Below are positions 14,171 to 64,000 of a stretch of DNA of 64,000 nucleotides, piece after piece (position 1 is the first letter of the stretch; every line of letters begins with the position of its first letter). Origin of the DNA: Vicugna vicugna (lineage: Eukaryota); assembly GCA_013265495.1 (NCBI GenBank), contig MU057865.1, positions 186,001 through 250,000 of the forward strand. The letters are read 5' to 3'. Position numbers and translations under genes: made by a program. A model generated the notes under the pieces. The model saw nothing but the letters and a program-made list of their open reading frames with translations. It searched no databases and was not told the origin of the DNA.

Positions 14171-15553
14171 ATGCTGTTTATGTTATGCGTGCTTTTTTTT
14201 TTAACGTCAAACTTAGATCTCTTTTGATCAGCTTTTTAAAAAAATGTTTGATCAAAGAGCCAGACAATTGAAACTAAAATTAAAGTTGGTATATACAAAA
14301 AAAAAAAAAAGAGAAAACCAAACCAGTAAAAAAACCACACACACAAAAACCAAAAACCAAACAAACAAAACAACAAAAAACAAACAAGAAAACCCCTCCA
14401 CACTCAGGCTACTGCAGTCTAAATGGTTTGATCATTTACTTAGGGGAGGATGAGTAGAATTCTTGATACTATTATGCAGAAACCCATCTTTTGGGAGATT
14501 AAATGGGCCTTCATCTGGCTTGTAAAATAAATAAATTAAAATTTCTGGAGAAAAAAAAGTTGGTGAAGGAACTTCTTTTCTATTAATGTTGTTAACTGGG
14601 AATCAACCATTCTCTCCCTCAACTTGAAACACAATGAGCTAGGCATTATACTAACCGTTCAATATTCAGTTTTCAAATTAACACCATTGGTTTTCTTTGA
14701 CGACCAGTAATCTCGAAAGGGTCATGATTACGAACACAACAGTAATTATTTAGTGCTGTGTAGACAGTTGGCCTACAGACTTTAGGATATACTTTGAGAT
14801 ACTTCTTAGTTGACTTTACTGAATTCCTTAAACTAACTTTCTTGGTTTTATTTTTCTTTTGAAAAGTGAGAACAGGGGAAAAAAACGTGTGCAGTACCTA
14901 AAAGTGGACACTTGACAGATTCTGTTGATGATGGTCCCAGAACTCCAGAGCTTTGGGAGATCGGGGTTGTAAAGCCGTATGTGAATCAGAGGCCAGGGAC
15001 TGAGGGATGACTCAGGGAGGTCTGGGTTTCTTGTGCTAACAAAACAGACACAAAGGGCAGAGTAAGATTAATCCTGATGGTCTCAAGGAAGATAGTGGTG
15101 GTGACAACCTAAAGCTTAGAACTGGAGAAAACAGCTCAATTCTCTGATTCATTCAGATATGAGTTACTCTACTTTAAGTTTATTTATATCTATACCCCCT
15201 GTTTAGACTCCAGAGGTTTAGAATGGCCATACTGGGATGCTACAATAGCTTCTATTTTAGAAAAGTCAGATACTTTATTTGGGAAGTTTTATGGTAAAAT
15301 TGAACCAGAAAAAAGAACCAAGAGTCCTTAGAGAAACGGCTGACTCTGGGGGGTGGGGGTGGGCAGACAAAGTGTAAGATGAGCCTGGCTCATCTTTTCA
15401 TGCCAGAAAAGCAAGAGAGGCCTCAAAGAATATTGCAGCCACGTCAGGGGACACAGGCAGGGCTGAAGACAGGTCAGTTTTGGTGCAATTTTACCGACAA
15501 AATAAGTGATGACAGGAATGCATTCTATAATAAAATTAAGTAAGGAGTCCACA

Positions 15554-16107
15554 TGTCACCCCAAAAGATAAAGGGCCCGATTTTTGTCATACCCGAAAGA
15601 CACGTTTACAGTCGGGAGACGATGCACTGTGTAGTGAAAGATTTTAAAAGATTTATTTAAAAATGGAGAAGAACGCCTCCAAGAACAGGGTGCGGGCTGC
15701 TCTAAGGGGGGAAGAGGCAGTTCTGGTCTCCTCTTTCCCTTATACCCTCACTTACAGGTGGTCTCTTGATTGACTGATGGCTCTTGTCCCTGAATGTAGT
15801 CGTTTGGCCCCTTTGTGCACGTCCTCACCCGTGGTGTACACTCGGAAAGCCAAGGGGATGGCGGCTACACCGCAATGTTAATTGTAACACATACAATACA
15901 GTACAGTACAGAACTGGTCGTGTCCAGTTAAGTCCTTTCTGCTACTGCACAGTCTTGGCTGCCCTGCTCTAACCGGTTTCTTGCCGGCACTCATCTGGGG
16001 GAAGTAAAGCCCCTTTATGCTGGGGGCGGGCGTATCGCCACCGTCTGGACCACCCTCCCTCTCCTCCACCTGTCCGCCAGTGCCCCCACTTACCTACCTA
16101 CCTAACA
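15554..16107 (-). mobile_element. ERV solo LTR, CpG-retaining (relatively young)
   Basis: TG...CA termini, near TSD CACA/CATA, AATAAA on minus strand at about 15653; minus-strand start TGTTAGGTAGGTAGG. Confidence 0.75.
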
Positions 16108-16863
16108 CATAGAGTCCATACTAATATAAGGAAAAGGATATATATATATATATATATATATGGAAAAATAATTAATGGAGAAAGGCGAGCTCTACCTAAG
16201 CGCAGATCACTAACAAGTGTAGAAATAATAATGGAACTAAAAAAAAAATCACTACGTGGCTTTCACCACAGTAATACTTGATTCAGGCAAGAATCAGCAG
16301 TTTATGCTGAAATTGGTGGTTTTGTAAAACTGCGGTAAAGAACCAGCTACTTACACAGTTTCAAAGCACCTCCTCATAAAACACTTACGAATTGCTACTT
16401 TATAAGTATCAAACAAAAACTAACTTCAGAAAGAAGAAAGCTGGAAAACACACAGTAACCGAGTAAGGACAGCTACCACCACCAGGAAATGGACGAACTG
16501 ACATCTGATAGGATGCTCTGAAAAACACACAGCACATGCTGAAGCGTTCCTACCAAAAATGAACATCTCTTGAGGGGAATTAGACAAACTCAGAACTGTG
16601 GGGTTTTCTACAAAGTGTAACTGCCTTATACTTTGAGACCACTAATTCCATTTTTTTGTTAAAATTAGTCCACACTTTAGATTTTAGTTTTTAGCTAATG
16701 TCCCTTTCCTGTGCCATGATCCCATCCAGGTGGTATGCATTCTATATAATGATGTGTTAACACATCAAATTATTCATTTGGAAAGACCAGTATTTTTTTC
16801 TGTATTATAGAAAATTCATGTTGATTTTGAAATTTATCCTCCAAAAAAAAAAAAAAAAAAAAA

Positions 16864-17053
16864 NNNNNNNNNNNNNNNNNNNNNNNNNNNNNNNNNNNNN
16901 NNNNNNNNNNNNNNNNNNNNNNNNNNNNNNNNNNNNNNNNNNNNNNNNNNNNNNNNNNNNNNNNNNNNNNNNNNNNNNNNNNNNNNNNNNNNNNNNNNNN
17001 NNNNNNNNNNNNNNNNNNNNNNNNNNNNNNNNNNNNNNNNNNNNNNNNNNNNN
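16864..17053. other. Assembly gap (190 N) after a poly(A) run
   Basis: Run of N in the sequence. Confidence 1.
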
Positions 17054-18135
17054 GCCACAGTCACACACACACACTAGGGGTCAGTATTATCACCACATGA
17101 GAAACAAAGGCCGGGAGGATTTGATGGTCAAGCCTGTGACCACTGGAATCTGAGAAACTCAACTTCAGATCCCAACTCTGCTCTCACTCTGCAGCCTTAC
17201 TGTGGGCGGATGATTCAATGGCCTTAAAATTCTGAAGAATGGGGAGACGGTTCTGTCTCACAGGGCTGTTACACACAACAGTGAGATAAGGCACTGAAGC
17301 AGTTAGCATAATCCTGACATGTAACGGTAAGCCCTTATAAATCACGTTGACTATTATTATTACAATATATACGCACCTGAAAACTCTGTAATACAAAAAA
17401 GCTGGGGAACATCTAACTCTATACAGAGACTAGCAAAAATCAGGCTGCATCAATGCCTTAATTTAGGGCCGTGGCCCACACTTGATGTCTTTCTGATGGC
17501 CCCGCTTTCCGTGGCTGCCACCCACAATGTCTCTCCAGCTCAGAGATCCACTCTGAAGACTCCAGAGTACATGACCACGGCATTTGCAATTTTTAATTAG
17601 GGCAATGCGTCCTCACACATACTTTGTCTAAACTCAAAGCAAGCACTGTGCTCGAAAAGACTATAAAACTTGACAAAGAATCTGAATGCAATGACAGTAA
17701 AGGAAAACAGAGACAAATGGTAAAGGCAGAAACTCTAAACAATGAAAGAATGGGAGCTGGGGAAACAGCAGGAGCACAGAGGTTGCTCTGAGCAACAGAG
17801 ACCAACGCATCACTTTTCTTCCCGTGATGGCTCACTGCCAGCAGCCAAAACGCTCTCAGCGAAACCAAAGCTGCTGTCCATCCTCGGTCGACACCTGCCT
17901 GCCTTCCTAGGGAGCCGTCTCCCCCATAATCCCTACTGAGTCTGCACTGAATACAAGGTTACTCAGGATCAACCCTCCTTACTGGTTGTCAGGGTTTTCC
18001 CTTGTACAATTTCATACTGCTCCAAAAATTACTTATAGAGCATGTTATACATATAAATCATGCTACCGTCCATGCCGAGTATAATGGAGTTTATGAAGAC
18101 AGATGATACCACGCTGCCCGACAGCTGATTCAAAC

Positions 18136-18313
18136 AGGGATCAGCAGATTATGGCCTGAGGTCCAATCAGGCCATGCTGTTTGATTACTTATTCTCTGTG
18201 GCTGTTTTACTGATACAGCACAGTTGGGGGGCTGTGAACTGGATCATATGCTTTCCAAAGCAAAAGGTACTTACTATCTTTGCCCTTTTCAGAAAACAGT
18301 CTGCCAACTTCTG
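18136..18313. mobile_element. MER58-like hAT-Charlie MITE
   Basis: cagggatcagcagattatggcctgaggtccaatcaggcc...gtctgccaacttctg with terminal inverted repeats. Confidence 0.65.
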
Positions 18314-18818
18314 AAACAGGAGATGCGGCTATCCCCAAAATACCCCACTTTACCACGTACCAGTTAAAGAGCTACAAATGAGGAATTCAGAAAGTTCAGA
18401 AAGCTGGAGTGGTCACTCTCAACAGGGCCATTCCTTTTGGACAAAGTACCAACAGAAATAGGACTTAAAAGAATAAGAATGCAGGCGGGTTACCAACAGC
18501 TAAGGAAAAAAAATGATGTAAATACGGAAAGCAAAGAAAAAGCAAAATAAGAGGATGGAGCTTGCCATTTAGCTTGGGCACACATTCTCTTATGATATTT
18601 GCAGAGGTCTTTTCATTTTTACCATTTTTCTCATCTGCATGGATGTTTTATACAAATCACAATCCATTTGCCTCTATGACCATCACTTAATATATGCTTG
18701 CCTTCCAGCTGGTAAACCTCATTCTGGAGAGGTAAACTCACAGAGTTGAGTTTGGTAGCAAACATTGTAATTAATGGCATTCTCCAAAACTCTGCCTTAA
18801 TTTAACCTTCTTAATCTT

Positions 18819-19937
18819 TTTATTCAGCACCACAAGAATGAGATATTATTTACCTTCCAAACAAAGTCACATGACTATGCAACACATTGACTGGCAAAAA
18901 TCACCACCGCCTTGCTCTTCTCATTTGTGTGTCTTCCTTCTCCCCAAAGTTCCATGAGGCAAGAGAGCTAGATGGATTAGTGGGACTTCTAGTCTTAAAA
19001 GACCAAAAATCATTTTGCTTTAATCAGAAAGGATATGTTATATTAACAAGTCTAGGGGAGCGATTTTCAAATGCTCTTAAAAACTAGGTTTTCATAAAAA
19101 ATTACTGCAGAAAGACAGTTTATGCTTGCACATAAAAATATCTTAGGCTCAATACAAAAAGCTGCTGTCATATTAGCTTTTGGACAATTATTCAGAGAGC
19201 TGTATTTTTAGGACTTGCTATACGTACTTACAACCTCGGAGAAATGTGAACTACAAGACAACAGAAACAAAAAAACAGTATTTCTAAGTAACAGAAAATG
19301 ACCATCTTATTTGAAATATGCACAATTCTCAAATTGTGAGTGTCTTAAAAGATTTCTTTTACATTCTTTCACATTCAAAGTGTGAAAGAATGGGCCATAA
19401 CATGTAAAATTTTAAGTATTGTATATTGGGGGGGGGAAACAAGAGAAAAAAGAAAAGAAAACAACTGGGGGAAGGGGAGAAGAAATAACAGAGAAAAGGA
19501 ATGAGAGAGAGAGAAAGCAAAATACCAAAACAGAGAATTAATCCAAATTCATATAACTGCTCTCCTGATGCGAAGAGATGAAGGGAAAAAGGACTTTTAA
19601 ACTCAAAGACTAAACTGTTTGACTATTTCAACATAAATTTCCTCCAGAACTCTCATAATATGTACATGGTTCTGGAAGCAGCGTCTTCCTTCTTAGCTTA
19701 TTAACAATGTATACATTTGAAAATAAATATATACAGTATTTCAAAACAAACCGTTCAAGACCTATTTAAGCAGTAACGTCCAAGGAAACAGAACTGAGAG
19801 CACATGCGGACATATGGTATCTTGAAGATGAAATGTTCTCTTCCGTGCTTGTTAGTCTGAAGTCTTCATCATATAACAGGTTGCTTTTAACATAGTTTTC
19901 TTACAGAGACAAGCATCTTGATGGGCCAAACCCAGTT
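18819..19937 (-). other. PIK3C3: Probable PIK3C3 3' UTR; true end uncertain
   Basis: Follows the stop codon. Candidate poly(A) signals on the minus strand: AATAAG 19697-19702, ATTAAA 19019-19024, AATAAA 18819-18824. Confidence 0.55.
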
Positions 19938-62865
<42,928 letters not shown>

Positions 62866-64000
62866 CTAGGAGAACAAGTCAGAAAGTATTAATGAGGTTT
62901 CAAATGAAAAAGCAGTTTTTAAAACAGATGGTAAAGGCATAGATAGATTTTTATTAACTTTGAAATACTTGCAAAGCACCAGAAAAGTATATGCAAAAGT
63001 AACAATAAAGGAGATTATTATGCATGAGGGACAAGCACTTACAATTCATCTGGCAACAGTGGGGCATGCTTTCAAAGGAGCAGTCCCTTGACCTGTGAAA
63101 AACTATAGACTTTCACAAGGGTAGGGGATGTATTTCTCTTGCTGCAACTGAGAATCAGGAATATACTCAAGCTGGACTAAAAGAGTCAATTTCTGTTTTC
63201 AAAGGATCTGTGAAGTCACAAAGCGAAACTATGATTCCATTAGAAGCCTGACCAAATATTAAGCAAGAATTTCATTAGCTGCTCCACGGCAAGAACTGGG
63301 TTTAGAAAGTCAGCTCAGTTAACTTGGAGGAACCTGGACCCTAGCTTTACTGTTCATTGGCTGCGTCTGATCAAATTTTCCCTAAAATCCCATCACTTAT
63401 TTCCTTTGGCTCACATGCACAATGCACCGAGCCGAGAGCTCAGAAACTGAGAAATTCAAGTCATGGTGCAAAACAGCTTTGCTACTTAGCAGGATCTTCG
63501 GTGTTTAGACTAAGCCCACCTATTCACTTTCAAAAGAACTGTTTCCTTTGAAATCTGAGTTGTGCATTCTTTAAACAGGTGAGCTTGTTAAAGGGAGAAT
63601 ATGTGGCCAAATGCCCTGGGCTTCTTCCGATTTCTCAATCAAGTCACGTGTGCTCCCAGATCAGGGACTTCGTGCCCGCTGTCCCTCTGGGTAGAATGGT
63701 CTTCTCTTAGATATTCGCATGGATTTTTTTATCCATGTGTCAACCCTCAGTGAGGCCTTCCTGACCACTTCACTGAGAAGTGAAACAGCCCAATACCCGA
63801 ACCCAGCTCTTCTTCACCCCCTTTCCTGCTTTATGTTCCTCCACAGCACACACCACTACTTGGCAAACTTTCTCATTATTATGTTTGTTATGGTGAACTG
63901 GGATCAATGATCTTGCATGTTACTATGTAACTGCTTTGGGGTGTCACGAACCACACCCACACAAAACAGGGAACCAACATTTTAATCTATAACACGTGTT

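Noticed and set aside
16805..17153. ORFs spanning X runs
   Set aside because: Artefacts of the assembly gap.

Overview
Mammalian genomic DNA, probably camelid, judging by six Vic-1-like tRNA-derived SINEs. The minus strand carries the 3' half of PIK3C3 (Vps34, class III PI3-kinase). I traced ten coding exons between 62865 and 19938. All have GT-AG boundaries and consistent phases, and they splice into an intact 957-nt frame (318 aa + stop, NERLQALL...HKFAQYWRK*) with the catalytic Lys, DRHLDN and DFG motifs. The gene continues beyond the right edge. Positions 1 to about 18.8 kb are downstream intergenic sequence, with a 190-N gap at 16864-17053. The rest is typical interspersed repeat: L1, L2, MIR, ERV1-type solo LTRs, MaLR and hAT/Tigger fossils. 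Repeat family names come from recall, not a database search. I see no evidence of a new multi-gene system. The best leads are: (1) an 80-bp duplication between the PIK3C3 3' end and the last intron, where the intronic copy sits behind a strong splice acceptor and could encode an alternative C-terminus; (2) a CpG-rich segment ending in ATTAAA + poly(A) that looks retroposed; (3) a tiny twin-primed inverted L1; and (4) tandem CTCF-like sites and an RFX/EF-C palindrome in introns.
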